From a virus, in the IMG/VR virus record IMGVR_UViG_3300023174_000071, positions 64,326 through 128,325 of that record: a stretch of DNA of 64,000 nt. One strand, written 5' to 3'. Under the pieces are notes generated by a model. The model saw nothing but the letters and a program-made list of their open reading frames with translations, was not told the origin of the DNA and searched no databases. This document shows, one piece after another, positions 1 through 9,298 of this stretch. Position 1 is the first letter of the stretch. Every line of letters starts with the position of its first letter. A program made the translations under genes and the position numbers.

Positions 1-48
1 GGGGCGCAAGAAAATGCGCTATAACAAAAAACAAAAGGAGATTCCAAA

Positions 49-324
49 ATGCGTACTGTAATTGCTGCCGCTGCACTTCTCACCCTCGCCGCTTGTCACT
101 CAGCCGAACCTGCTCCAGAGGTTCCAGCGGCTCCAGCCGAAACTGATGCGGCTCCGGCTCCTGCCGCTCCCGCTGCCGAAGCTGCTCCGGAAGCTGCTGC
201 GGCTCCAACCGGTCTCACCGAAGGCACCCTTGGCGCCGGTACGGTTCAAGTAACCGTTGTCGGTGGCGGTACTGCCGGTACGGCAACCACGACCACGACT
301 GATTCAACCTCATCCGGTCACTGA
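49..324 (+). CDS. Small Ala/Pro/Thr-rich lipoprotein
   Basis: AAGGAG RBS; signal peptide MRTVIAAAALLTLAAC ending in a lipobox Cys; low-complexity body; terminator follows. Confidence 0.75.
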   Translation: MRTVIAAAALLTLAACHSAEPAPEVPAAPAETDAAPAPAAPAAEAAPEAAAAPTGLTEGTLGAGTVQVTVVGGGTAGTATTTTTDSTSSGH

Positions 325-346
325 AAACTTTTTAAGTTTTAAAGCA

Positions 347-381
347 GCGCTCAAGGTTAACGCCTTGGGCGTTTCTTTTTT
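347..381 (+). terminator. Intrinsic terminator
   Basis: GCGCTCAAGG-loop-CCTTGGGCGT stem followed by a T-tract. Confidence 0.75.
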
Positions 382-439
382 GTTGCACAGAGTCGAAGAA
401 CGAAGTAAATAGTGTGTGCCATTCAACATGGAGTTGGCA

Positions 440-1345
440 ATGAATTCGGAATGTAATGTCGGCTACGCTTGTATTAACACTCAACTCTCCGATAAGGGAA
501 TTACAACAAACCGGGGAATGATTAAGCGTACATTCCAAGAACGAGGTGTACGTTATGCCTCAGAACTTGCGCTGCAAAATGTTACAGACCTAATTGAAAT
601 TCTTCTTTGGAACTCAAAGAATGGATATAAGTTCTTTCGTCTGTCGTCCGATATCTTTCCGTGGAACTCGGAATATCAATTCGAAGAGCTTCCCGATTTT
701 TCAAAGATTTCCGAAGTCCTCCAAACCTGCGGCAAAATTGCGCTGAGGACAGGTCAGCGTCTAACTACTCACCCCGGACCCTTCAATAAGCTCTGCTCTC
801 CGGATGAGAGTGTTGTTCGAAATACGGTTAAAGATCTTGAGGCTCATTCTAAACTTTTTGATCTTATGGGTTTTATCCCAAGTCCATTTAACAAAATCAA
901 TATCCATGTTGGCGCCACCTATGGAGATAAGGAGAAAGCTGCGGCTACGTTCTGTCAGAATTTTGAATCCCTATCTGATGGCTGCAAGGCACGACTGACG
1001 GTAGAAAATGACGACAAGGCTTCTATGTTTTCTACGCTTGATATTTACAATATGGTTTACAAAAATATTGGAACACCAATTGTCCACGACATTCATCATC
1101 ATGGATTCTGTACAGGCGGAATCGAGCAACAAGAAGCTTTGGCTATTGCAGCATCCACATGGGGTAGTGTGCGACCGGTAATTCATTATTCCGAATCTCG
1201 TAGCCGTGATGAGGAAGGCGTTAAGCCTCAGGCTCATTCTGATTATATTATTAATGTTCCAAATGTTTATGGAAATGTTGTCGATATCATGGTCGAAGCC
1301 AAGATGAAGGAAAAAGCGTCGGCATTTCTTCTGGAAAAACTATAG
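440..1345 (+). CDS. uvsE: UV-damage endonuclease (UvsE/UvdE)
   Basis: GYACIN, FFRLSS, THPGPF, NIHVG, LTVENDD, DIHHH, HYSES, AHSDY and MVEAKMKE motifs; start placed at ATG 440 after GGAG (ORF track starts at 416). Confidence 0.92.
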   Translation: MNSECNVGYACINTQLSDKGITTNRGMIKRTFQERGVRYASELALQNVTDLIEILLWNSKNGYKFFRLSSDIFPWNSEYQFEELPDFSKISEVLQTCGKIALRTGQRLTTHPGPFNKLCSPDESVVRNTVKDLEAHSKLFDLMGFIPSPFNKINIHVGATYGDKEKAAATFCQNFESLSDGCKARLTVENDDKASMFSTLDIYNMVYKNIGTPIVHDIHHHGFCTGGIEQQEALAIAASTWGSVRPVIHYSESRSRDEEGVKPQAHSDYIINVPNVYGNVVDIMVEAKMKEKASAFLLEKL

Positions 1346-1348
1346 AAG

Positions 1349-1918
1349 ATGAAGCGAGAAGTAATCCGAGAGAATATTGAAAAATGGCTAAATCAATATC
1401 TTCCGGATTTTGAAAATAAAATTGTCGCAGTTCAAATGTCAAAAAATAATGTCAAAATTTACTTTGAAGCGGTACCTGTTATCGAAGTGGACACTCAATG
1501 TAGGTATTGGGAATTTTCAATGCCGACCCTGTCTCAAAATGATTATTATGTCTTTGAGGGGCGGGGTTGGTTGCTCAGAATGGTTCAAGATATCGTTCAG
1601 CAATTGAATTCTCAAACCATTAATGGTGTTAGCTATCTTGAATATGTTTTGCAAATTAAGAAATTTATGAAAGAATTAAATCTTATTCGCAATAAAGCAA
1701 AATTTGCGGGAAATACGTTTAGGCTACTCGGAAAAGATGGCAAACATTACAATGTTTATTTTGCGATAGCTAGAGTGTTTGTTTCCGATTGCTCTTTTAT
1801 TTTTTCTTTCTTTGATGGGTTTGAAAGTTCAGAATTGGTTGATGAAATAAAGCAGCTTTTGGTTTTCAATATTAACATCATCCCGGCTATATCTTTTTCT
1901 TATTTGTTGGTTGATTAG
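1349..1918 (+). CDS. Hypothetical protein
   Basis: 189-aa ORF packed directly after uvsE; no recognisable motif. Confidence 0.6.
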   Translation: MKREVIRENIEKWLNQYLPDFENKIVAVQMSKNNVKIYFEAVPVIEVDTQCRYWEFSMPTLSQNDYYVFEGRGWLLRMVQDIVQQLNSQTINGVSYLEYVLQIKKFMKELNLIRNKAKFAGNTFRLLGKDGKHYNVYFAIARVFVSDCSFIFSFFDGFESSELVDEIKQLLVFNINIIPAISFSYLLVD

Positions 1919-1923
1919 GCTGC

Positions 1924-1952
1924 TTGACACAACCGATGGGTATGATTAGAAT
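1924..1952 (+). promoter_or_regulatory. Sigma70-type promoter
   Basis: TTGACA (1924)-17 nt-TAGAAT (1947). Confidence 0.75.
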
Positions 1953-2025
1953 GAATGTGTGAGCGGTAAGAACAAGCCGCAAGATAAAACTCCGAAAGGG
2001 GTTTGAGGAGATGAAATGACCGAAG

Positions 2026-2379
2026 GTGTATTACAAGGCTAGGCAACTAGCTTTAAATAATGAGATGCCGTTTCATGTTGTAGCGATCCTATATCGTGGA
2101 AAAACCATTGTACAGATGGGCTCGAACACTTCAAAGACTCATCCCTTTTTTAAAAGGAGTTATAAATCTGGTGAATGTTCTTACCATATGCACGCAGAGC
2201 AAAATGTTCTGAGGTTTTCTAAGCCGGGAGATAAGCTTCAGGTTTTGAGGTTTAGCGCAAAGGGTGAGTTGACAATGGCGAAACCCTGCCCGGTTTGTCA
2301 AAAGTTTATCAAGCAGTATGGAATTCGTGATGTTGAGTATTCCGATTGGGAAGGCAACATGTGTCAAATGAAAGACTAA
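2026..2379 (+). CDS. Zn-dependent cytidine/dCMP-deaminase-fold protein
   Basis: HAE and PCPVC motifs; start codon uncertain. Confidence 0.82.
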   Translation: MYYKARQLALNNEMPFHVVAILYRGKTIVQMGSNTSKTHPFFKRSYKSGECSYHMHAEQNVLRFSKPGDKLQVLRFSAKGELTMAKPCPVCQKFIKQYGIRDVEYSDWEGNMCQMKD

Positions 2380-2405
2380 ACTATATAATTAGTTGGAGAT
2401 GAAAA

Positions 2406-2693
2406 TTGTCTGAAGAAGTTAAGTACGTCGTTCTCCCCAAGGGAATTATGGATGAAGTTGGAGCCTATAACGCTAATACTGAGTTTCAGTACGGATTCAG
2501 CATTATTTATCGAAGCCTAGACTTCGAAAATCTTCATTCAAAATATGGCGTCTACTCAGATGAAGTTCTAGTTCAAGTTGCGGATCCTAAGCGATTTGAT
2601 CGATTCATGTATAACAATCGTCAAGCTATTCGCCGTCATGAAACGCAACGTGACGTTCCGCCTCAAAATACGTATTCGTCAAATAATTGGTGA
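2406..2693 (+). CDS. Hypothetical protein
   Basis: GGAG RBS, TTG start, 95 aa. Confidence 0.6.
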   Translation: MSEEVKYVVLPKGIMDEVGAYNANTEFQYGFSIIYRSLDFENLHSKYGVYSDEVLVQVADPKRFDRFMYNNRQAIRRHETQRDVPPQNTYSSNNW

Positions 2694-2750
2694 GCTTTAA
2701 GCTTGAATAAATTATTATTACTAATAATCTAATTTATTATAGCACATAAC

Positions 2751-3074
2751 GTGCTGACGATAGGAAGGTGGGGAATGCACCTAGACATTAAAGCTTCCGA
2801 ACCAGCCGAAAAAGACTTAGTCTATAAGACAAAATTTATGGCAGATACCTTGTCAGCAAATGGCAAGGTAACAACCTGCACGGCAACAAAGAAACCCTTG
2901 TACAAAATTCTTGCTGATGGTCAAAATGTTGCTTTGAATAGTCACGGAAACTGTGCAGAATGCGGTCATGCATTTGCTGAAGAATATTTAAAGTTCCCAG
3001 AAGGAACAGATAAATCTTCTTGGATTGTTGTTCACATTGGACGTAACTGCAAAGATTGTTGGAATAAAGATTGA
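2751..3074 (+). CDS. Hypothetical Zn-binding protein
   Basis: CAEC and CKDC pairs; TACTAATA motif upstream; start may be ATG 2775. Confidence 0.6.
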   Translation: MLTIGRWGMHLDIKASEPAEKDLVYKTKFMADTLSANGKVTTCTATKKPLYKILADGQNVALNSHGNCAECGHAFAEEYLKFPEGTDKSSWIVVHIGRNCKDCWNKD

Positions 3075-3172
3075 TTATTGTTTTTCTGTTGATTATTCCG
3101 TTGGTTTATTTTAGGTTCTTGGCGAATTCATTAAGTTCAATTCGTCAAGAGCTTTCCAATTTGGAGAAATAA
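3071..3172 (+). CDS. Small membrane peptide (33 aa, not in ORF track)
   Basis: TTG...TAA gives MIIVFLLIIPLVYFRFLANSLSSIRQELSNLEK; overlaps upstream stop (TTGA) and downstream start (TAATG). Confidence 0.5.
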   Translation: MIIVFLLIIPLVYFRFLANSLSSIRQELSNLEK

Positions 3173-3462
3173 TGTTGAAACTTTGGGTGGATGATGTTCG
3201 ACCCGCTCCTGAAGGTTGGATTTGGGCTAAAGATTATTCTGAAGCAATGATCTATATCCGAACAGGAAATGTATCTCAAATTTCTCTAGATCATGATTTG
3301 GGAGAATCAAGCGAAAAGACAGGCTATGATATAGCTTGTCAGATTGAAGCTTTATCTCATTCTGGACAAATTCCGCCTATGGCTTGGTCGGTTCACTCTG
3401 CGAATCCGATTGGCAAGAAAAGAATCATTTCAGCGCTAACATCAGCAGAAAAATTTTGGTAA
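3172..3462 (+). CDS. Receiver-like protein of the cyclic-phosphate-processing type
   Basis: LWVDDVR..P, ISLDHDLG, GYD and VHSANPIG motifs. Confidence 0.8.
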   Translation: MLKLWVDDVRPAPEGWIWAKDYSEAMIYIRTGNVSQISLDHDLGESSEKTGYDIACQIEALSHSGQIPPMAWSVHSANPIGKKRIISALTSAEKFW

Positions 3463-3463
3463 G

Positions 3464-3697
3464 ATGAATTTAGCCGGAGAAGTGATGACCAAAGAAGAAG
3501 CTGAAGAACATTATCAATATTCGCTAGAAACTCTAAGGAATATTGAAAAGATTGTTGTTGATCAAAAGGAAACCTTTCCTGTTCATTTGGAAAGGATTAA
3601 TGGCTTGAGATTTATTGCATCGCAACTTCAAAAGCTGCGAGATCTACAGATGGCAAATTTAGAAGTGCCAACTAACGAAACTCCAAGCGAAGAATAA
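3464..3697 (+). CDS. Hypothetical protein
   Basis: Packed ORF; start may be a few codons downstream after GGAG. Confidence 0.55.
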   Translation: MNLAGEVMTKEEAEEHYQYSLETLRNIEKIVVDQKETFPVHLERINGLRFIASQLQKLRDLQMANLEVPTNETPSEE

Positions 3698-3720
3698 ATT
3701 AACAGCAGGATTAAATCCAT

Positions 3721-4074
3721 ATGTTCTCCAAAGAGCTTTATTCGAACTCTTGTTTCAAGATTCGTTCTAATGATGTTTTGATTGCGGTTTCTGAGCTTAA
3801 ATCAAAATGGGAAAAAGTTATTTCCGATTGTGAAGCTTCTTTTGATGAAGGTCGAGATGTTTCGGACTATCGAAAGCTATTCTGCAAAACGCATATGGAT
3901 TTAATTCAAAATCTATCATCAATAGATTCGAAGGAAAAGCTTTCTGATTTTTCTGAGAAGTTAAATCAAAAGCTTTCGGATTCTTCTTTGGAAAAGACAG
4001 AATTAGCAAAGTATGACGCTTATTGCTATGCGAGTCTTGAGGTAGCTTCTCTTCTGGAATCAAGAGATGGATAG
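3721..4074 (+). CDS. Hypothetical protein
   Basis: AGGA RBS, 117 aa, helical composition. Confidence 0.6.
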   Translation: MFSKELYSNSCFKIRSNDVLIAVSELKSKWEKVISDCEASFDEGRDVSDYRKLFCKTHMDLIQNLSSIDSKEKLSDFSEKLNQKLSDSSLEKTELAKYDAYCYASLEVASLLESRDG

Positions 4075-4411
4075 GGAAGAATTAGAAACAAAAGTTTTAT
4101 CATTTGCCGATGCTTTTAATAAGAAAAGAGAGCATCAGCAGAATTTGGAATCTATGGAAAAGATTCTAAATCAAGAGCAAGATGAAGCTTCAAAAAATCC
4201 GTCTGAAGATATTTTGGATGAAAAAGTTCAAGCAGAGTTTAAACGAAGAACTTTGCAGATGCAGATTTTTAGAGAAATATCCAATCAGATGCTCTATATG
4301 GAAGCGGAAATTTCTGCGCTTAGAGCCCGTCAATATTTACATATGTCATTTTTAATCGGGATGTTTGTTGTTATTTTATTTTTAGTTGGATATATAGCAG
4401 CAGTAAGCTAA
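4067..4411 (+). CDS. Coiled-coil protein with C-terminal transmembrane helix
   Basis: Hydrophobic tail FLIGMFVVILFLVGYIAAV. Confidence 0.62.
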   Translation: MDREELETKVLSFADAFNKKREHQQNLESMEKILNQEQDEASKNPSEDILDEKVQAEFKRRTLQMQIFREISNQMLYMEAEISALRARQYLHMSFLIGMFVVILFLVGYIAAVS

Positions 4412-4414
4412 AGG

Positions 4415-4648
4415 ATGTTAATGAAGACTCTGGCTATAGATATTTTTCTTATCATTGCTTTTGTTTTTGCTATGCTGTTTCTTGTTCGGCATCAGAAGAT
4501 TGAACAACAAATATCTTGCCAGCACAAATGCGGTGTTAATCCTTTTTATATGAAAATGGTACAAAATAAATATCTTTTGTGCGTGTGTGAAAATAAAACA
4601 CCAGGAAATTACAAAATTTTTTATTCAAATGAGAATGAGGAGAAGTAA
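4415..4648 (+). CDS. Small membrane protein
   Basis: N-terminal TM helix; CxxxC and CxC motifs. Confidence 0.55.
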   Translation: MLMKTLAIDIFLIIAFVFAMLFLVRHQKIEQQISCQHKCGVNPFYMKMVQNKYLLCVCENKTPGNYKIFYSNENEEK

Positions 4649-5328
4649 TGCTTAACCGAGTTAAAAATAAAATCACATCTTTTCTTGAGCAGGATCGCTT
4701 AAAGGAACAGCTTGCTGAATTAAGCAAGGAATGTCTAGATTTGCAATCTACAATGTTTAGGTCTCAAACAGCCATCAACATGGCTTACACTAAGGGTATT
4801 AAACTGCTCACCCCAATTGATATTGGAAATGGTAGGCTTTTATCTTCAATTGGAGATTTGAAGTTTACAGAGCAGATTACAGAATTATCCCGTCTGCTAA
4901 GCTTCGTTTTAGAACAAAAGTTAAAGGCGCTTTCGGAGCAGGTTCAGGAAAACGCAAATGCGGCGGAAGATTTAAAGCTACTTGAGTCTCAACTATCACA
5001 AGCGTATCTAAGAATTTCGGTTCTAGAAGAATCTGTAAAAAATACAGAAGCTCAATATCAGGCTCAAGCGAATCGAAGCCTGCAGTTAGAAGATATGATT
5101 AAGCGTCAAAATGAAACGGTAAAGAAAGCTCATGCGGAATGGCAGGCTCAGTATTCAGCAGTTTCATCAAAGCTTCATGATTGCGAAGAAAAATTAATTA
5201 CAGAAGTTGCATCTTGGTTAAAGACCGGCCCGAAGAGTTCTGTTTATGGATATGAATCTATTTACGAACGAGAGATGAGTTTAAAGGAAGCCGCTACCGC
5301 TTTAGAGAGGGGCAAATGGCGGAAATAA
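4648..5328 (+). CDS. Coiled-coil hypothetical protein
   Basis: GAGGAG RBS; heptad-rich; ends VASWLK...AATALERGKW. Confidence 0.65.
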   Translation: MLNRVKNKITSFLEQDRLKEQLAELSKECLDLQSTMFRSQTAINMAYTKGIKLLTPIDIGNGRLLSSIGDLKFTEQITELSRLLSFVLEQKLKALSEQVQENANAAEDLKLLESQLSQAYLRISVLEESVKNTEAQYQAQANRSLQLEDMIKRQNETVKKAHAEWQAQYSAVSSKLHDCEEKLITEVASWLKTGPKSSVYGYESIYEREMSLKEAATALERGKWRK

Positions 5329-5456
5329 TTTCAAGGATTGTGCGAGTGCCAACGGTCAGCGAATTGATCGCATCTTGGATTCGAAAGAATTACAATTCAG
5401 AGCAAGCCCTTGAGATTGCCGATAAAATTGAAAAAGGCGAATGGCACAATAATTAG
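5316..5456 (+). CDS. Small protein (46 aa, not in ORF track)
   Basis: GAGGGG RBS; MAEIISRIVRVPTVSELIASWIRKNYNSEQALEIADKIEKGEWHNN fills the gap and resembles neighbouring C-termini. Confidence 0.6.
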   Translation: MAEIISRIVRVPTVSELIASWIRKNYNSEQALEIADKIEKGEWHNN

Positions 5457-5464
5457 AGGTTATT

Positions 5465-6346
5465 TTGAGCAAGAAACCTGTTGTCTTATTTCGACGCTCC
5501 CTTTCTGAGGAAGGGGAGTTCGAAGCTTGTTCTAGATATTTTGAAACTAAAACAAGCAGAATGGATATCCCAAAAGATACTACGGTCATTGGTCGTTATT
5601 CTGTTTTGCCATACTATAATGAGTTGCAAGAAGATTTATCTAAAGTAAATTCTAAGCTTATCAACTCTTATGGCCAGCATAAATGGATTGCTGATATTTG
5701 GGAATGGGCATCTCCGGGCACCCTACTGGAAGCCTATACGCCCAAAACTTGGAATAATTGGGCTAATCTTCCTGTCGGCAAATCTTTCGTTCTCAAGGGC
5801 AGAACGAATAGCCGAAAGCATATGTGGAAAACTCATATGTTTGCTAAAACAAATAAAGATGTTTCCGATGTCGCTATTCGTCTGCTTGAAGATCCTCTAA
5901 TTTCAGAGCAGGGCGTTATTATTCGAGAATATGTGCCGCTAAAAGAGTTGGCTATTTCAATCTCAGGAATGCCTGTAACTAATGAATGGAGAACTTTCTG
6001 GATTGTAATTAACTCCAAGGCAATTTGTGTTGCTGAAGGTTTTTACTGGGAGAAAAGTTTTCCAGATGTCAAAGGTTGCTTTGAGAGCAAAGGAAAACAA
6101 TTAGCGGAAGAGGTTGCTCAAAAGATTGCTGAATCTGGAATGGCAAACTTTTTCGTTCTTGATGTTGCTCAAAAAATGGCGAGTGATGATTGGATTTTAA
6201 TTGAAGTTAATGATGGTCAGATGAGCGGCATTTGCGGATGCGATGAAAATACGCTATATGAAAACTTAGTTTCGGCAATCGGGTTGCATGCTCCAGATTG
6301 TGGGTGGCATCAAGATTGGCACGCATGTTCTTGTGGAACATTTTGA
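5465..6346 (+). CDS. ATP-grasp ligase (R2K-clade-like)
   Basis: FVLKG, IIREYV, EWRTF, FFVLDVA and WILIEVNDGQMSG (ExN) motifs. Confidence 0.78.
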   Translation: MSKKPVVLFRRSLSEEGEFEACSRYFETKTSRMDIPKDTTVIGRYSVLPYYNELQEDLSKVNSKLINSYGQHKWIADIWEWASPGTLLEAYTPKTWNNWANLPVGKSFVLKGRTNSRKHMWKTHMFAKTNKDVSDVAIRLLEDPLISEQGVIIREYVPLKELAISISGMPVTNEWRTFWIVINSKAICVAEGFYWEKSFPDVKGCFESKGKQLAEEVAQKIAESGMANFFVLDVAQKMASDDWILIEVNDGQMSGICGCDENTLYENLVSAIGLHAPDCGWHQDWHACSCGTF

Positions 6347-6353
6347 GGAAAGA

Positions 6354-7490
6354 ATGAATTTCTCATTGAAAGATCGAACGATTCTTTTGACTGTCGCTGG
6401 TTCAAGGGCTTACGGAACACACACTCCCGAAAGCGATGTTGATATGAAAGGAGTAGCTGTTCCAACGAGAGAATATTTCATAGGGTTCTCCAACCACTTT
6501 GAGCAAGCTGAAGGCTCGCATGTTTCTCAGTTTTTATTTCTTCTAAATGATGTTGAAAAAGAAATTGTCAAAAACTCAAAGATGGAAGGAGTAATTTACG
6601 ACATTCGAAAGTTTATAAAATTAGCCGCAGAAGCTAATCCTAATATTTTGGATGTTCTTTTTTGTCGAGAAGAAGAAGTTCGTTTAACCACTTCGGTTGG
6701 TAAAAAGCTGAGAGATTCGGCGCAAGAGTTTGTTTCTGCAAAATGTCATTTTTCTTATTCCGGATACGCCTTCTCTCAATTGAAAAGAATTAAAAATCAT
6801 CGTCAATATCTTCTTAATCCACCAAAAAAGATGCCGGCAAGAAGCGATTTTGGATTGCCAGAAAAGACGCTTATTCCTGCGGATCAGTTGGCCTCAGCAA
6901 ATGCTTGTGTAAAAGAATTGATGGACAGTTGGTCGATTGATTTTACAGGAGTTGAACCTTCAACGACGATTCAGATTCAACAAAAGATTGAAGATTACTT
7001 ATCTGTCATTGAAAGTTATAAGAACTCAGATATTGATCCTAAATTTTACGCTGCAGCAAAAGAACTTGGTGTCAGCGACAATTTAATTTGGGTAATGCAG
7101 CGGGAGCGTGAATATGAAAGTGCAAAACGTTCTTGGACTCAATATCAAAACTGGAAAGAAAATCGAAATAAAGAACGAGCAAAACTTGAAGCGGAATCTG
7201 GATTTGATCGAAAGCATGCTATGCATTTGATTCGATTGCTTCATATGGGAAAAGAGATTTTAACGGAAGGTAAAGTTAATGTTTGGCGAGGCGGAATTGA
7301 TGCAGATATCTTGAATGATATCCGAAATGGCGGTTGGACATACGAACAAGTAGTTGAATATTCTGAGAGATTGAACGAAGAACTTTCTAGCATTTATCAA
7401 TCCGGTTCATATGTTATTCCCAAAGCTCCAAATAAGCAAAAATTAGATAATCTTTGCCAAGAGATTGTTCAAGAAATGTTGGATTTATGA
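6354..7490 (+). CDS. Pol-beta-family nucleotidyltransferase (RlaP/YcgL-like)
   Basis: GSRAYGT..PESDVD.KG, ANPNILDVL, GYAFSQL and KHAMHLIRLL motifs; ATG 6354 after GAGGA. Confidence 0.87.
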   Translation: MNFSLKDRTILLTVAGSRAYGTHTPESDVDMKGVAVPTREYFIGFSNHFEQAEGSHVSQFLFLLNDVEKEIVKNSKMEGVIYDIRKFIKLAAEANPNILDVLFCREEEVRLTTSVGKKLRDSAQEFVSAKCHFSYSGYAFSQLKRIKNHRQYLLNPPKKMPARSDFGLPEKTLIPADQLASANACVKELMDSWSIDFTGVEPSTTIQIQQKIEDYLSVIESYKNSDIDPKFYAAAKELGVSDNLIWVMQREREYESAKRSWTQYQNWKENRNKERAKLEAESGFDRKHAMHLIRLLHMGKEILTEGKVNVWRGGIDADILNDIRNGGWTYEQVVEYSERLNEELSSIYQSGSYVIPKAPNKQKLDNLCQEIVQEMLDL

Positions 7491-7659
7491 TATGCCCGAT
7501 GTGAATAACAAAGAAAAAGATTGTTGCGAAAAAGCAAAAGAAGAAGAGCGGATTCGAATTTGGAGTTGGATTTTATCTCAAATAGATGGCAAAGATCCAA
7601 AAGCGGCTTTGTTACTTATACAAATTGCTGAAAAGATTAAAACAGGAAAATTAAACTAG
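7465..7659 (+). CDS. Hypothetical protein
   Basis: Short ORF; EERIRIWSWI...IAEKIKTG; true start probably near 7492. Confidence 0.5.
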   Translation: MFKKCWIYDMPDVNNKEKDCCEKAKEEERIRIWSWILSQIDGKDPKAALLLIQIAEKIKTGKLN

Positions 7660-7706
7660 CATGTAACCCAAAAGCATGTTAATAGGAAGTATGCGGAGAT
7701 TTTAAA

Positions 7707-9176
7707 ATGAATCAAGATGATATTGAAGCGAAGCTCTCATCTTTGAGAAATAATGGAATCGATCCTTATCCGTCTGGAACAGGAGAGCGGTCTTATTCCA
7801 TCAAAAATCTTTATGTATTTGATAATTTCTCTCTATCTCAACTTTCCGAAATAGAGGGTATGTTTTCAATCTCCGGCAGAATTCGATTTAAAAACGAAAT
7901 TGGTTCTATCGGTTTCGCTCGAATGCAAGACCATTCCGGAAAGATTCAAGTTTACATTTCAAAGAAGAATATGGATGCACAATCTGTATCTCATTGGAAG
8001 GCCACTACTCTTGGCGATTGGGTTTCCGTCTCCGGTGTTCTCTGGAGAACAAGGACGGGCGAACTAACCCTGAAGGTTTATAATTACAAAATTACATCTA
8101 AGTGCGTTCACCCTTTGCCTGATAAGCATAATGGCTTTACGGACCAAGAAGGTTGCTATCGTCAGCGTTATTTAGATCTAATTTTTAATGAAGAATCTTT
8201 CTCTAGAATCAAAACTCGCTCACATATTGTAGCGAAGATTCGTGATATTCTAGGCGGCAAATCTTTTCTCGAAGTGGAAACCCCTATTCTTCAGCCAATT
8301 CCCGGTGGAGCAAATGCGAAACCTTTTATCACTCATTACAATGCTTTGGGTGAAGATTTCTATATAAGAATTGCGCCAGAATTGTATTTGAAAAAGTTAC
8401 TGGTCGGCGGATTCCCTGCTGTATATGAAATTGGGAAAAATTTCCGAAACGAAGGTCGTTCAACGAAGCATAATCCAGAATTTACAGCGGTTGAATTTTA
8501 TAAGGCAAATGAAAACTATCTTTCATTTATGCAGCTAACCGAGTTTTTGATTTCCGAATGTGCAAAGATTGTTAACAAGGAAATGTTGTTTGAACGAGAT
8601 GGCGTTCGGTTTTCTTTACATCCAGATAATTGGTCATCAATGACGATGAGTTATTCTGTGGAAATTTACACAGGCATTAAGAACGCTTGGGACCGAGAAG
8701 AGATTGAATCTTATCTGCTTCAATATCACCTTTCTCAAAAAGAAACCTGGAATGGATTATCTTTGGGCGCAAGGATTGAATTTTTATTCTCCAAGCACGT
8801 TGAGCCTAATCTGATTAATCCTACATTTATTACTCGCCATCCTGTAGATATTTCGCCCCTTGCCAAAACTAGCGATATTAATCCAAACGAAACAGACCGA
8901 TTTGAATTATTTATTGCTGGAATGGAAGTTGCCAATGGATTTTCCGAATTGAATGATCCGGTGGAGCAGGCAAAGAGATTCCGAAATCAAGCGCAAAACA
9001 AAGCTTCGGGAGATGATGAGGCAATGTTCTTTGATGAAGATTTCGTTTCAGCATTAGAGTATGGAATGCCTCCAGCGGCGGGTGCAGGAATTGGAATTGA
9101 TCGTTTGGTTATGCTGTTAACCGGCGCTCCATCTATCAAAGATGTAATTGCATTTCCAACTATGAAGAAAAACTGA
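7707..9176 (+). CDS. lysS: Class II lysyl-tRNA synthetase
   Basis: OB anticodon domain (GKIQVY, TRTGELT); YRQRYLDL, FLEVETP, RIAPELYLK, FRNEG...HNPEF and ALEYGMPP..G.GIGIDRL motifs. Confidence 0.96.
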   Translation: MNQDDIEAKLSSLRNNGIDPYPSGTGERSYSIKNLYVFDNFSLSQLSEIEGMFSISGRIRFKNEIGSIGFARMQDHSGKIQVYISKKNMDAQSVSHWKATTLGDWVSVSGVLWRTRTGELTLKVYNYKITSKCVHPLPDKHNGFTDQEGCYRQRYLDLIFNEESFSRIKTRSHIVAKIRDILGGKSFLEVETPILQPIPGGANAKPFITHYNALGEDFYIRIAPELYLKKLLVGGFPAVYEIGKNFRNEGRSTKHNPEFTAVEFYKANENYLSFMQLTEFLISECAKIVNKEMLFERDGVRFSLHPDNWSSMTMSYSVEIYTGIKNAWDREEIESYLLQYHLSQKETWNGLSLGARIEFLFSKHVEPNLINPTFITRHPVDISPLAKTSDINPNETDRFELFIAGMEVANGFSELNDPVEQAKRFRNQAQNKASGDDEAMFFDEDFVSALEYGMPPAAGAGIGIDRLVMLLTGAPSIKDVIAFPTMKKN

Positions 9177-9253
9177 ACATCAAAAATTCATTGACAAACA
9201 ATTGATTTCGCCTGTTCTTCCAGCCGAATCGATCTTTTACAATCTCTTTAAAA

Positions 9254-9261
9254 TGCTAATA
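9254..9261 (+). promoter_or_regulatory. Putative phage late promoter element (TRCTAWTW)
   Basis: TGCTAATA 45 nt upstream of ATG 9299; the motif recurs upstream of head-block genes. Confidence 0.5.
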
Positions 9262-9298
9262 TTCCCCAGAATAAATAAGAGGGGGATAGGTAGAGGAA

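Noticed and set aside
7707-9176. EF-P lysyltransferase EpmA/PoxA
   Set aside because: The N-terminal OB anticodon-binding domain is present, so it is a full LysRS
9177-9298. tRNA or other RNA gene after lysS
   Set aside because: No cloverleaf or T-loop consensus; only a weak hairpin and the late-type motif
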